This document shows, in pieces, positions 1 through 11,544 of a stretch of 64,000 nt of DNA. The stretch's first letter is position 1, and each line of letters begins with the position of its first letter. A program made the position numbers and the translations under genes. Under the pieces are notes generated by a model. It had not been told where the DNA came from. It did not search any database and was given only the letters and a program-made list of their open reading frames with translations. The DNA is from Trichodelitschia bisporula (taxonomy: Eukaryota), in contig ML996707.1 in assembly GCA_010356995.1 (NCBI GenBank), positions 310,001-374,000 on the forward strand. The letters run 5' to 3'.

Positions 1-16
1 CGCCCCACTAGCAGAC

Positions 17-3000
17 ATGCCCGGTCTAGTCCGGAAGTTGCTCATCTTCGCCGCTATCGACGGTCTAGTTCTCCAGCCCGCGCCGCCGCGCAACCATAAA
101 CCCGCGACCGAGCAAGCCATAAAGCTCGCCTACGGCTCAAATGCGATCGCACCGCTGCTAAAGGACCGCCGTGAGGAGGACACGTCTCCAGATGCGCTTG
201 AGGCGCATGGCGTAGTCGGTATGTGCGTCTGAGAGATTTAGGCGGGGGTGCTGATCCTATAGGCTTGTTGAAGGTCGCGTCCGCGTCGTTCCTGATCTCC
301 ATATCCCGCCGTGAGCAGGTCGCGGTCATCCGCGGCAAGCCTGTGTACTGCATCAGTGAGGTCGCGCTTATTCCTCTGTCGTCTCAGGGTGATGCTGCAG
401 AGGCGATTCGGCGCGCGCGAGAGTCGCAGCAGCGGCATGCGAAGAAGGAGGCCAACGAGGATGAGATGCTGAGCTCGAGCTCGGAGGACGAAGCGGAGGA
501 CGACATTTCTATCCCTGACGCACACTCGACAACGTCTTCCCCGCCTCCGGAGAGCGCGCGCGAGGCCCCCAAGACAAAAGTAGCAGAGGATGTTATCGGC
601 AAGAAGGGGGTTTACGGCCGCTTTGCTCAGCGCTGGTTTTCCAAAGCCGGTTGGGCATCTGAAAGCCGTAGGACCCAGGGCATGAGTAGTGAGGAGAATC
701 TTGCAAAAGCTGTCTCGGATGAGAGCGCTGCAGCCCAGGTTGACGCCTCCGAAGCTGCTCCCGTGAAACAGTCCGTGTCTAACGAAGCACCGGAAGAAGT
801 TGCACACGTCGTACAACCCAAGCAGCCAGAGAACGCGTTCATACTGTACCGCACTGCCTATGAAAAACAAGTTTCTAAGCAAAACAGCGAGATCCCTCTT
901 CTTCCGAAGCTGTTGACCGTCACGAAGTTGTTCTTCAGCTCGAAGAACTTCTACTTCTCTTATGAGTACAATTTGTCGAAGACCTTTGCCCAACAAGGAA
1001 ATCAAAACAGTTCAGTGCCGTTGTATAGGGCATATGATTCATTGGTGGGTTACCATTAACCGTTTGATCTCATGCTGACTCTGTAGTTCTTCTGGAATCA
1101 GCATCTCATTTCGCCATTCATAGAGGCAGGCCAGGACAGCTTTGTTCTGCCCCTTATTCAAGGCTTTATCGGCCAGCGCGGGTTTTCCGTCGACACTACG
1201 CCTTCGGATGCCAACTCGATCATCGATGTTCACAACTCCGACGGAGCCATCGCCCTGCAACAGTTGACGCCTTCGAGCGAAGAGCCTGAGCCTAACCTTA
1301 CGCAGCAGCAGAAGGAGGTGAAGGAGAATCCGAATGTGGCCAACTTCTTCCTCACACTCATCTCTCGCCGCTCTGTCAAGCGACCTGGCCTCCGCTACCT
1401 CCGCCGCGGCGTTGACGACGAAGGCAATGCCGCCAACAGCGTGGAGACGGAGCAGATTCTGTCATCGTTGACCTCAGACTCCAAGGATGCCAAAACCTAC
1501 TCCTTCGTTCAGTACCGCGGTTCGATCCCGCTCTTCTTCTCCCAGAGCCCGTACAGCCTAAAGCCAATCCCCGTCTTCCGCGGTTCATTTGAGCAAAATG
1601 CCGCTGCCTTCAAGCTGCATTTCCAACACCTTGCCTCCCGCTACGGCCAAATCCAAGTCGCAAGCCTGGTCGAGAAACACAACACCGAAGGCAAACTAGG
1701 CGAAGCCTTCGAGAAGCACGCCAACGCGCTCAATGAAAGCGGCGGCATCGACGGCCACGGCGCCCAGCTCGGCTTCGAATGGTTTGACTTCCACGCCGTC
1801 TGCCGCGGCATGAAATTCGAGAACGTGTCCCTGCTCTTCGACACCCTGCGCTCCCGTCTCTCTGCCTTTGGCTACACCGTCGTGGAGGCCGATCGCGTGA
1901 TCCAGACGCAATCCGGCGTCCTCCGTACTAACTGCATGGACTGCCTCGACCGCACAAACGTCGTCCAGTCCGCCTGCGCGCGCGACGCCCTCGAGCAGCA
2001 ACTCACGGCTCAGGGCGTGAGCATCGATCTGCACCACGACCCGCGCACGGCGTGGTTCAACGCGCTGTGGGCCGACAACGGTGACGCGGTGTCGCGGCAG
2101 TATGCCGGCACCGCGGCCCTGAAGGGCGACTTCACGCGTACCCGGAAGCGCAATCTCACGGGCGCTCTGACGGATTTCGGGCTCACGCTTACGCGGTACT
2201 ATAATAACCTCGTCAACGACTACTTTGCGCAAGCGGCGATCGATTTCTTGCTTGGCCGCGTGGATGCGAGCATTTTCCAGGATTTTGAGGCCGATATGCG
2301 CGCCCAGGACTATGCGGTTGACCTCAGGACTGTTAGGCAGAATGCGATTGCGACGTGTGGCAAGATTTGCGTTGCGGATGCAAGAGAGGAGGTGCGGGAT
2401 GGGTGGTCGCTGAGAGCACCGGCTAAGGCGGGCACGCTCCGGAGTCTGCCGTTTGATGAATGTGTTGTGCTGCTCACCGGGCAGGCGCTGTATGCTTGTA
2501 GTATGGACTGGGCGACGGAGAAGGTGCGCAGTTTTGAGCGGATTGCATTGGCAGATGTGGAGGGGGTGCAGAAGGGGGTGTATATCACGAGTACCCTTGC
2601 CGGGCGCGAGATGGATGAGGAACGGAATGTGGGGTTTTTGGTTAGGTATAGGGGGGGAGGAGGGGGGTTGACGAGGGTTAATACGCGGAGTTTGGGGAAT
2701 GAGGATGAGGTTGGGGGGGAGGGGAGTGGGAAGGGGAGGGATGGGATGGAGGTGGAGAAGGAGGGGAAGGGAAAGGAGAGTGATGAGGCGAAGGGGAGTA
2801 CTACTGAGGGGAAAGAGGAGCCAAAGAAGACCGACGGCGTCAAGTTCCTCGCCTTCAAGGCCCTCCCCAAGCGGAGCAGCTTCCTCGGCCCCGAGCGCGA
2901 GGGCGAGGATCCGCTCAACGAAGCCGAAGTCGTGAGCAGTATCTGCGAGCAGATCACGCGGGCAGTCAATGAGGTTCGCACGAAAGAAGCGGAGGAGAAC

Positions 3001-3249
3001 CAGCAGGCGGGTGCCGAGCATGGCGTTGCGGTAAACGACAAGGCTGCGGAGAGGAAGCCTGCGATTGATGATACGGCTGCGGCAGCGGCCGGCGCCCCGG
3101 TGGATAAACCGGCTGATGAGGCGAAGGTTGGGGTCAAGCTGCTTACGGTCGAGGAGGCGGATATTATCTCCCTCGCAGATGCGAGGCGTAGCACGGGGTA
3201 CTTGGAGCAGATTGGGCATTCGCTGAAGAAGCTTGTTTGGGCGACGTAG
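17..3249 (+). CDS. SacI-homology phosphoinositide phosphatase (Sac domain plus C-terminal hSac2-like region); 3 exons, introns 219-262 and 1045-1086
   Basis: Catalytic CX5R motif RTNCMDCLDRTNVVQ; Sac motifs FYFSYEYNL, LISRRSVKRPGLRYLRRG, QYRGSIPLFFSQ, WADNGDAVSRQYAGT. GTATGT..CTGAT..TAG and GTGGGT..CTGAC..TAG introns join the three ORF pieces in frame. Confidence 0.92.
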
Positions 3250-3556
3250 GGGGGTGGCTGGGTAGATAGTACATAAACATAACGACGGGAAGGGGAAGGG
3301 GGGGTAATGCTTGCGTACAATCATCGTTCACTGGGTAATCACTTCACAATGCAGTCTGGCACAGATATTTGGTTCGAAGATATCATTCTTTGTCCAGGGC
3401 TCGCGCCCTAAGGTTATTATGCACAGCGGCCTATTCGCCGCACAATCGCAACGCTATGTACAGTTGAACTACAAAGTCCATGGTCCCGGTCCACAGCTCC
3501 ACGCCCGCTATGCAAATCCCACAACAATACAAGGAATATGTACAACCTCTCCTCTC

Positions 3557-5452
3557 TCAATAACTAAAAGCCTCCTCCACAAAATCCACAACCCCAACAT
3601 CAACCCTCCGCCTCGCCGCCTGCCTCACCGCATCCGCAAAAGCCCCGGGCCCACACACACTCACCGCCATCGCCCCCTCCCGCTCCAACACCTGCTGATC
3701 AATAATCTTATGTGGATTACACCGCCCAGGCACCATATGCACGCTCCCCGTCTCGGAATGTACCTCCGCCCTGCTCCGCGGCTTCGTCACGTACAGCTCA
3801 ATCCGCAGCACCTGCCTACGCCCGGGTAGACGCAGGATGGCATCCATCCACGGCCTAACCCACTCCAGCGCCTCGGTGTTGGGTACGCTCCACACTAGCA
3901 GCACTTTTCGGGTGGCCACTGTGCCCGCGCCGAAGCCGGAGACCAGTTGCCGCACGATGCTGACTTGGTGTGTTATCCCGACGCCGCCCGCGAACAGGAC
4001 TACCGTGCCGTAGGACCCGAATTTATCGAGCCCGCCATAGGGGCCTTCGACCGCGCCGTACGTGTGGAGAACGCCGCCCGGCGCCGCGGACGCGAGCGCG
4101 TGCATCCGCCCCGTGAGGCCCGTCCGGGCACGCACGATTAGGCTCACCGTCGAGGCGGCCGGCTTGGCGGTTGCGCGGTCCAGGAGCACGGTTGGGTCTT
4201 TGAGTGTCACGACGCTCGTGGCGCGGGGCTTCTCGCCATCGGCCGGGGCCTCAATGTCTTCGGCTTCGCCATGGTGCGGGGTGGTGTCGTTCTCGACCCA
4301 GGCGACACTGAACGGGTGAGATGTAAACCAGCTCAGCGCGGGGATGTACGCGAAGACGTGTGTGCCGGGCGTGTTCGGGAAGGCGCGCGGTAGCGCAAAA
4401 GTCACGCGACACGCATCGCTGGGGAGCGCTTCGATGGTAACGCGTGTCGGGCCGGATCGGCGGGAGTAGTTGAAGTACGCGGTGCGGGCGATGCGGGCTG
4501 CGATTTCGAGGGCGTAGAGGACGATGACGGCTTGCACCCAGGAGACTTGCGGGAGGTGGTCGACGTCCAGGTGGATGTAGATTAGGACGATGGTGGCGAT
4601 GGCCAGGACGCGGTGGCCGACGAGGAAGGCTTCGTAGAAGGCGTGGCGCAGGGGGGACCAGGCTGCGAGGCCCATGATGAGGAGCAGAACCGTTGCGATC
4701 ATGCCGGGCCCGTAGCTGGCGGCGTGTTTGCCCTGCGTCAGGCCGCTCCAGACGGCGGCCCAGTGGCCGGCGGCGACGGTGCTGGCGACCCAGGCGGCGC
4801 TGTGGACTAGGGATTCGGCGATGAAGACGCGGGCTGTCCAGCGGTGGAAGAGGTTGAATGTGTCGTAGGGTGTCTTGAGGATGCGGATTAGGGGGTTGTT
4901 GCGTAGGGCGAAGAGGACGGTGGGGACGAGGTTGAGGGCTGCGAGCATGCCTGTGCGGCCGCGAAGCGAGGCGAGTACGACCATTTTGTCCTGGTGGTAG
5001 GGCAGGGCGACGCAGTACGCGATGTTGCAGGCGGTGTAGGCGACGAGGATGAAGGTGTGTCCACGACCGGGCAGCGTGCCGATGGTTATGGCTTTGCTGA
5101 GCCGGATTTCGTTGTTGTGCCGGATGCTCCAGATGGGCGCGTACATGAAGTGCTTCTTCAGCCATGGCCACCAGGTTGTGCGGTTGTGGGCCCAGAAGAA
5201 TTGGCGTTCTGGGTTGGGAACGGCAGAGATGTGGCGCATCTGGGCGATGATCATGCTTGTCCAACGGAGGAGGAGCGTGAAGAAGATTAGGCCGCAGAAG
5301 CTGATGATCAGGACGTGGGTGTAGAGGAAGTTGCTCTCCTGATCGACGCCGTGGAGACCCGAGGAGAAGGGAAACAGAGTCGAGAAGCCGGTCTGGGACT
5401 CATCGGTGACGTTATCGGTCTCCCCGCGGGGAAGCAGAGGCGCAGGCGCCAT
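3557..5452 (-). CDS. Ferric/cupric reductase transmembrane component (FRE/NOX superfamily), single exon
   Basis: Multiple TM segments with heme-ligand His (FNLFHRW, HRVL..YIH); FAD motif HPFS; NADPH motifs EGPYG, AGGVGIT, VCGP and terminal EEAFSY. Likely start MAPAPLLPR at 5452. Confidence 0.92.
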   Translation of the reverse strand: MAPAPLLPRGETDNVTDESQTGFSTLFPFSSGLHGVDQESNFLYTHVLIISFCGLIFFTLLLRWTSMIIAQMRHISAVPNPERQFFWAHNRTTWWPWLKKHFMYAPIWSIRHNNEIRLSKAITIGTLPGRGHTFILVAYTACNIAYCVALPYHQDKMVVLASLRGRTGMLAALNLVPTVLFALRNNPLIRILKTPYDTFNLFHRWTARVFIAESLVHSAAWVASTVAAGHWAAVWSGLTQGKHAASYGPGMIATVLLLIMGLAAWSPLRHAFYEAFLVGHRVLAIATIVLIYIHLDVDHLPQVSWVQAVIVLYALEIAARIARTAYFNYSRRSGPTRVTIEALPSDACRVTFALPRAFPNTPGTHVFAYIPALSWFTSHPFSVAWVENDTTPHHGEAEDIEAPADGEKPRATSVVTLKDPTVLLDRATAKPAASTVSLIVRARTGLTGRMHALASAAPGGVLHTYGAVEGPYGGLDKFGSYGTVVLFAGGVGITHQVSIVRQLVSGFGAGTVATRKVLLVWSVPNTEALEWVRPWMDAILRLPGRRQVLRIELYVTKPRSRAEVHSETGSVHMVPGRCNPHKIIDQQVLEREGAMAVSVCGPGAFADAVRQAARRRVDVGVVDFVEEAFSY

Positions 5453-8400
5453 GGTAGAATGTGATGTTTGAAGAGAGGCCTCGAAGGCGATCCGAGGTAA
5501 AACGGCCAGAGTTGAAGTAAGCTCGAGACGTGCTAAGCGTTCAGCAGTCAGGTTATGCAGAGAACGACGAGCGTGGTGTGCAAAAGGGGAGAAGGTATGA
5601 GAGTGCATTCGACGTGTTTTGATGGCGAGTGATGTGTGGGGTGTGAAGCGCGTCCGAATGAGTCTGATGATCCAGATGTGGTGAGGTCACAATTGCTGTT
5701 GTGAGTGTTGCCGAGTGGTCTTGGATGTCATTTTGCTCGCTTCGCGTCCACAATAGGAAAGAGTGTCGAATCGGATACAAACGGCCCTCGCCAACCACAC
5801 AGCTATCGATAACCGGACCGGCGACGCAGTCGCTCCTGCTTTCTTGGAGTTGTTAGCAAACATCGGCAGCTGCGGGTATGCACTTATCCTACCAGAAAAA
5901 AAGCTTCGGTTGCAAGTACCCAAAATTCGCGACTCGTGCGCAAGGGTCGGGAATGCAGATGAGGGGTGGTCTAGCCACGGGAATGTATCAAAGGAAAGGT
6001 TCTCTCGAGAATGCCGTAGGCGTAGGACGTATAGATCTTCCGGAAGGGACAGTGAAAGGAAGCTGGTCAAGACACACTCTGATGCACACGGATGGAAGAG
6101 AGCGGAAACGACCGATTCCAGGCTGAGCTGGTAAAAAGTGGCACGACCGACTTCTCCTAGGCTAGCTAGGTAGTCGTAGTTAGAGCAAGGCACACGTACC
6201 AAAAACGAGCGACGAAAAGAAGGAAAAGACGGACGGGTCCAAGGATCATCGGCCAAAAAGGGTCAAGGGACGAAGGGGATCAAGTATTTTACTAGCAAAG
6301 CGTGAACCTCACGCAGGGGCCCGTGGTACGGGGAGGTGATAGCGGGAGACCTCCAAGGCTCAAGGGGGGCACATCTTGCCATTCCCAGCCATACGCGGCT
6401 CGGAGATGCATGTTTCTCTGGTTCGCTACTCGTTAGCATAGTGGACAAGCCTTGCGCCGTTGTGAGGCCCTGGGGTTCGTTTCACGCCTTCCGCCCGGAC
6501 TCTTGGGCCGAAGCATCATGGGATGCCTGTGGGGATACGGGTAATTGTGGGTTTAGCGGTGGTGATGCAGAGGACGTGAGTGGTTGTCGGTGGTTTGTCG
6601 TCCCTTGAATCGCCCCGCCACCCATGCTGTGGCTGAAACTAGCCAGCCTACCGGCCGTGGCGAATGGCAAGGGGAGGCTCTGCCAAGTGGTGGAGGAGAG
6701 CTCGTTCAGTGCTAATCTCGCCACGGTATGTCCTGTTCTGGCTGTTTGTTGATCATCATTGGCGGTGCAGTCTACGGATGGTAATGAACTGCATCTCTCC
6801 TACCACAAGGATAACTGGGAATCTACTTCATGACGTCTCCTCTCCTCTCGCAATGTACGGTATATTTACACTCCTCGCTCACTCACATTCGTTCACATTA
6901 CCCCGGCCCCTCCCGCCCAGGCCACACCCGTTCCTGCATAAGCTCGGGCCATACAGCGGCGCCAGGGCGTCGTCTCCGACACTCTCCCGAAGCCATGGCT
7001 TGAGGGCGCAAGCCTGACTTTGAACCTCACACCTTCAATCATCAAGCTCGAGTCCAAAAAAAAACACCTCGCATCACATTGACACAACCCCCATTCACAA
7101 CCCCATCCCTCCCACAAAGTCCCCGACATCCCACTCCCCGCCTAAAGTCAACCCGGGCCTAGGCTACGGTACATCCAGCGTCCCTGATCGCTAGTTTCAT
7201 CCTAGGGGCTCCGAAGCTTCTGACATGCAGGTCCACGCACGCCCACCGCGAGAGTCATGTTCCCCCATCTCCCTCACAAGCCCGCCCAGCAGCAGTAAGA
7301 AGCATAAATTTAAAAGTGACGCTCACGCCCGCCGATGCAACCCCATACGCTCCCCAGCTCCATAACCGCGCCCAGAAGCGCCCAGTGGCGCACGCCTCCC
7401 ATCCCCGTTTCTTCCTCGTATTTCCCCGCCCGCGCGCCACCGCGCCGAATGGCGAATTCCGGCCGGTAGGGTCGCGCAATCCGTTGGTACATAATCGCCG
7501 CCAGGCGCAATCTCGCCTGCTGAGGATCACGGCTTGATCGTGCATGAGGGCTGGTGAATTGGCCGGTGATAGCTCCGGCGCGGAGAGGCTGTGCTTGATA
7601 ACCGATAAAGAGTGTTGTACTTTGTACTCTGATCTCCTATCGGTAGTTCGCGGGTCGTGGGTGAGATAAGGTGCGGCTCGCATATTGTTTCGCAAATGTT
7701 TAAGGCCGTGCGGGTTGGCTTCGGGATGTAGGAGCATGTCTCACTCTGCCCTACGGGTACAGGAAGAAGGAACAATAGTGGACTCCTCGAACCTTCCGCG
7801 GAGTTTGAAACATTAAGAAGCAACCTCACTCTTAAAAGCATCACCACGACTAAACATACTCTCATCGCATACAATGAAGAAACTCCGCTTGTCTTCGACC
7901 CCGCGTCTTACTGCTGACACTGATGACCCGTCCAACGCACGCCCGTGCGTGTGCTTTCTTCTTCTGCCTGACGACATCCTGCAATCTGTGGAAGCCTCGA
8001 GACGTGTCTGGGCGTGGGGCGGAGTTATGTGCCGCCTTATCTTTGTCTCGACTCCTGATGCTGTACCGAAATCCTGGACATAGCTCCGGAATATCCGCGT
8101 ACTGTGGTAGAGGCTTCGCGAGAGAGGTGGAAATGGGACGGGCGGTACGTCGTTCCTAGCTTCCCCTGGTAATTTCTAGGGGAGATGTTGAGTACTCCAC
8201 GCGCTTAGGGCGTCTAGAATGTACTGCATGTTCTCCTGAATGCTAATCGCAGCCGTGGCGAACTCACATTGTTAGGGGAACGGTCGAGTTGTCAGCGGAA
8301 GTGCTGACGTGCAGCTTGCCTTGAACAAATTCACAGAGTCACGTCACGCCAGGTTTGGTGCACAAGGCTTTTCTGATTTTTTTGTACCACAGGGTTAGCT

Positions 8401-8575
8401 GAGAGGAAGGAGGCTGTATCAAGGCGACTAGCCAGTCATACCAAGCGTCCACACAGCGGACTGAGAACCCTCCATCCAAGCCCGCTAAAGATCAACCTCC
8501 CCCGAGAACGTCGATGAGAAGACCGCAGAGTGAGTTCACCTTTCCCGCTGGTATAATGGACAACCTCCCAATGGC

Positions 8576-10358
8576 TTAATGGTTGACCTCGTTCTCGAGG
8601 CCAGGCTCGAACTCGATCGCGACCGAGCCATCGCCCCGAGCCATCGCGAGGAGTATCTCACGGGCCGAGGCAGCGGCAGTAAAGGGGACCTCAGCATGCG
8701 GGTACTTGTCGGTGTGTTTCCCGGCGGCACATGCCTGCCGCTCAGCGTCGTCGATCTCACGCCTCTCCATGTCAAGCTCCTCCCGCTCAGCCTTAATCAG
8801 AGCCTTCCGCTCAGCATCAGAGATCCCACACGCCTGAGAAAGATTCCTGATCTTCTCCATGCGAGCCAGATAACACGACCAGTGGGACTCCGAGGTGCCC
8901 CAGGGCCAAGGGATGGAAGGCTGATACTCGCACACCTCCGGATCAGGCTGAGGCTCGGCCTGGGAATCATCTTGCTTGGCGCGCTTGTTCGGCTGATCCG
9001 GGGCTGGGGAAGCCTCGCGCTTGCGCGCTTCAGAGGCGTTAGCTTCCTTACTATCGCGACTCTTTTTGATAACTGCTCCAGGCGTGCGTCCGATGGCCGG
9101 CACCACATTGTGACGATAACGAAAGCAGGAATCCTAGAATCCGGCGGTGGTCGGAGGTTCTGACCTTGTTGGCGACAAGACGGGATGATGGGGTCGAATT
9201 GATGTCGAAGGAAGGTGCCTCCCGGACTAGCTCGGAGGCCATGGTGATGGGAGCCTGCACTCCTTTGCTAACGGAAAGCTTGATGTCGTCAGACTTACGC
9301 TGGCCGGTCTCCTTGGTGGCAGAAGTATCCGGACTGGACGCGACCTCGGTCATGGGACTGACAGTGGAGTCCGCACCGGATTCGACCTCAGTCGTGGGGA
9401 TGATGGTATCACCCGAACCGGATGCGACCTCTGTCGTAGGCATGGCCGTAGGTTCCGGATCGTCGGCGACCTCGGCCAGGAAGATGATAGTTTCGTCCGA
9501 ATCGGACTCAGCATCCGCCATGGCAATGTCCATCGGAGCCGAACCCTCCCTGTCCTCAGCCATGGTACTAACGGCCGAGTCCGAATCATTCGTGATCTCC
9601 ACTACGGGAGTGACCGTAGACTCCGAGCCAGACGCGACCTCAGTCGTGGGCTCAGCAGTGGAGTCCGAACCGGACGCGACGTCAGCCATGTCAGTTTCGG
9701 TAGAAGGCGGATTGACTGGAATCTACAAACAGTAAGCAAAGCCCCTATCTCTAGCGCTCAGGCAACATACTGAAGTCCGATACGTGGCACGAAGGACGGA
9801 GTCAATGACGGGAGCCGGAACGACGCCAAAGTTTGGCATTGTGGCTGGGTTCACGTGAACAATAGTCGTCTGCTGGTGGACGAGCTTGGCATCAGAGTTG
9901 AAGGACAGCGTCGCCTCCAAGGTGACGTTCCGGTGGGTGCCCGCGATGCCCACGATGTCGCCGCGGCGGCGGTGTGGGACGCGCAGCTCGAAGACGCCGT
10001 CTCCGCGCACCTGGAACGGAAGGCCCGTTATGGTGTTAGGCATGTTGGTGCGATGGTTTGAAGCGGGAACGTAGCCGTCCTTTGGCAATGTGGACGGGTG
10101 CGCGTGACGGATGTGCGTCGTGTGCTGGACGACGGTGTTGTGGTCGGCGTGGAAGATCAGCGTCGCTTGCAGCCGGACTGTCCGGTTGGTGCTCGTGATG
10201 AACACCATGTCGCCGATGGTGGGGATGTAGTCGGCTGGGAGGCACAGCTCGAAAACGCCGTCACGGTGCAAGTGGATGGGAGGCGCTTCCCATTCGCGAG
10301 TGGGAGGCGCATGGCAGGCGCCAGTGGGAGGCGCATTCCGGGCGCGAGGGCGAGGCAT
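8576..10358 (-). CDS. Hypothetical multi-exon protein: duplicated ~70-aa domain, then 14-aa acidic S/T repeats, then charged C-terminus
   Basis: Intron 9723-9770 (GTATGT..GCTTAC..TAG) fuses ORF 9723-10595 in frame to ORF 9051-9689. Joining to ORF 8576-9106 needs a very short (~31 nt) intron near 9134-9164, which is uncertain. Start could be further upstream (10751). Confidence 0.5.
9312..9689 (-). repeat. Coding tandem repeat, 9 x 42 nt (14 aa, consensus ~TTEVASGSDSTVxP)
   Basis: Translation MADVASGSDSTAEP/TTEVASGSESTVTP/VVEITNDSDSAVST/.../TTEVASGSGDTIIP/TTEVESGADSTVSP/MTEVASSPDTSATK. Confidence 0.85.
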
Positions 10359-10437
10359 GTTGACTGGATCCCGAGTGTTTGCGGGGCGGGACAAGTCGAG
10401 GTTGTCGGGGAGCGAGGTTGAGATTGCTGAGTAGCAG

Positions 10438-10511
10438 ATGTCTGTGGATCGCAGTGTACCAGATGACTGTGGATCGCAGAGTAGCAGATGGCTGTGGATC
10501 GCAGTGTGCAG
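10438..10511. repeat. 3 x 25-nt tandem repeat (ATGnCTGTGGATCGCAG...)
   Basis: GTGGATCGCAG recurs at 25-nt spacing. Confidence 0.8.
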
Positions 10512-10609
10512 TGTGCTGGTGAAGAAGAAGAAGAGGATTGAAGACGGCGAGCTCGAGGTCATGGACAAGGCTGGCGGTCTGCGCATCCTCGCCATTCACT
10601 GGAATTCAC

Positions 10610-10754
10610 CTGGATTTCCGTGTTGGGCAGGTGGGTCTGCTGGAGGTCGCTCTTTCCTCCATGGCCGTCGATACGTATGATCCACTGGATTTCCATGTTG
10701 AGTAGGTGCGTCTGCCGGAGGTTGCTCCTTCCTCCATGGCCATCGATACATGTG
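10610..10754. repeat. 2 x 75-nt direct repeat
   Basis: CTGGATTTCC...CCTCCATGGCC.TCGATAC starts at 10610 and again at 10685. Confidence 0.85.
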
Positions 10755-11544
10755 GCCTCGTGTGTGCATTAGGGCTTGGCTTGCGGGGGGCGGAGGTGTT
10801 GTTGATGGGAGATTCCTCTCGGAGGTATAAGGCTAGCTGCTACGGGCCCTCGCGGTTCCTGGCGAGCAGAAACTGAGGCTTATATACACATTCCATGGCC
10901 GCAAAGCCGCAACCTAGCACTAGACTCACAGTCAGAGAAGGCACCATTTCAACAACCAAGACTTACGAGAAGCATGCGGATTGCCATACAAACCCCTTCG
11001 TGCTGAACAGCGGCAGTACATGCTCACGCAAACCCCAATCCCACATCACACAAACAACCCAGCATGGCTCTCAAACACTCATATTACGTCCACTACCTCA
11101 TCGCTCATAACACCCCATCTAACTCATACCCATCACCTCATGAGCCCCCCACACACACAAACAAACACATACACACCCTCATAACAAACGTACAATGAAA
11201 AGATAACCCCATCCCGATCTCATAACACCATGCCCCCGCTCAAAGGCGGGTACCCAGAAAAACGCCATCCGTTGGTATACCCCCTCCGTCCCTCAGGGAT
11301 AAAAACGCACAACGCCTCCAAACACCAGAAATCCGTGAGTAAATGCATCTATACATGCAAGGGGGCAGATAACCCATCTAAACGCCGAGCCAAAAACGAG
11401 TAAGAAAGAGTCTAAGGTAATACCGTGCTCGCTGCCTGAGCCGGTTTGGTCTATTATGTCGTCTTAAGGTCGTGGAAAGGTCGGAACTGTAGTAAGGCGA
11501 GCGCGTCTTCGTATCTCAGGCGTGGTTGGTGAGGTCGGGATTGA

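Noticed and set aside
1696..3324. Long antisense ORFs (also 4251-5264 alternate frame, 30512-31639, 46310-47188, 54658-55638)
   Set aside because: Shadows of GC-rich coding sequence overlapping well-supported genes.
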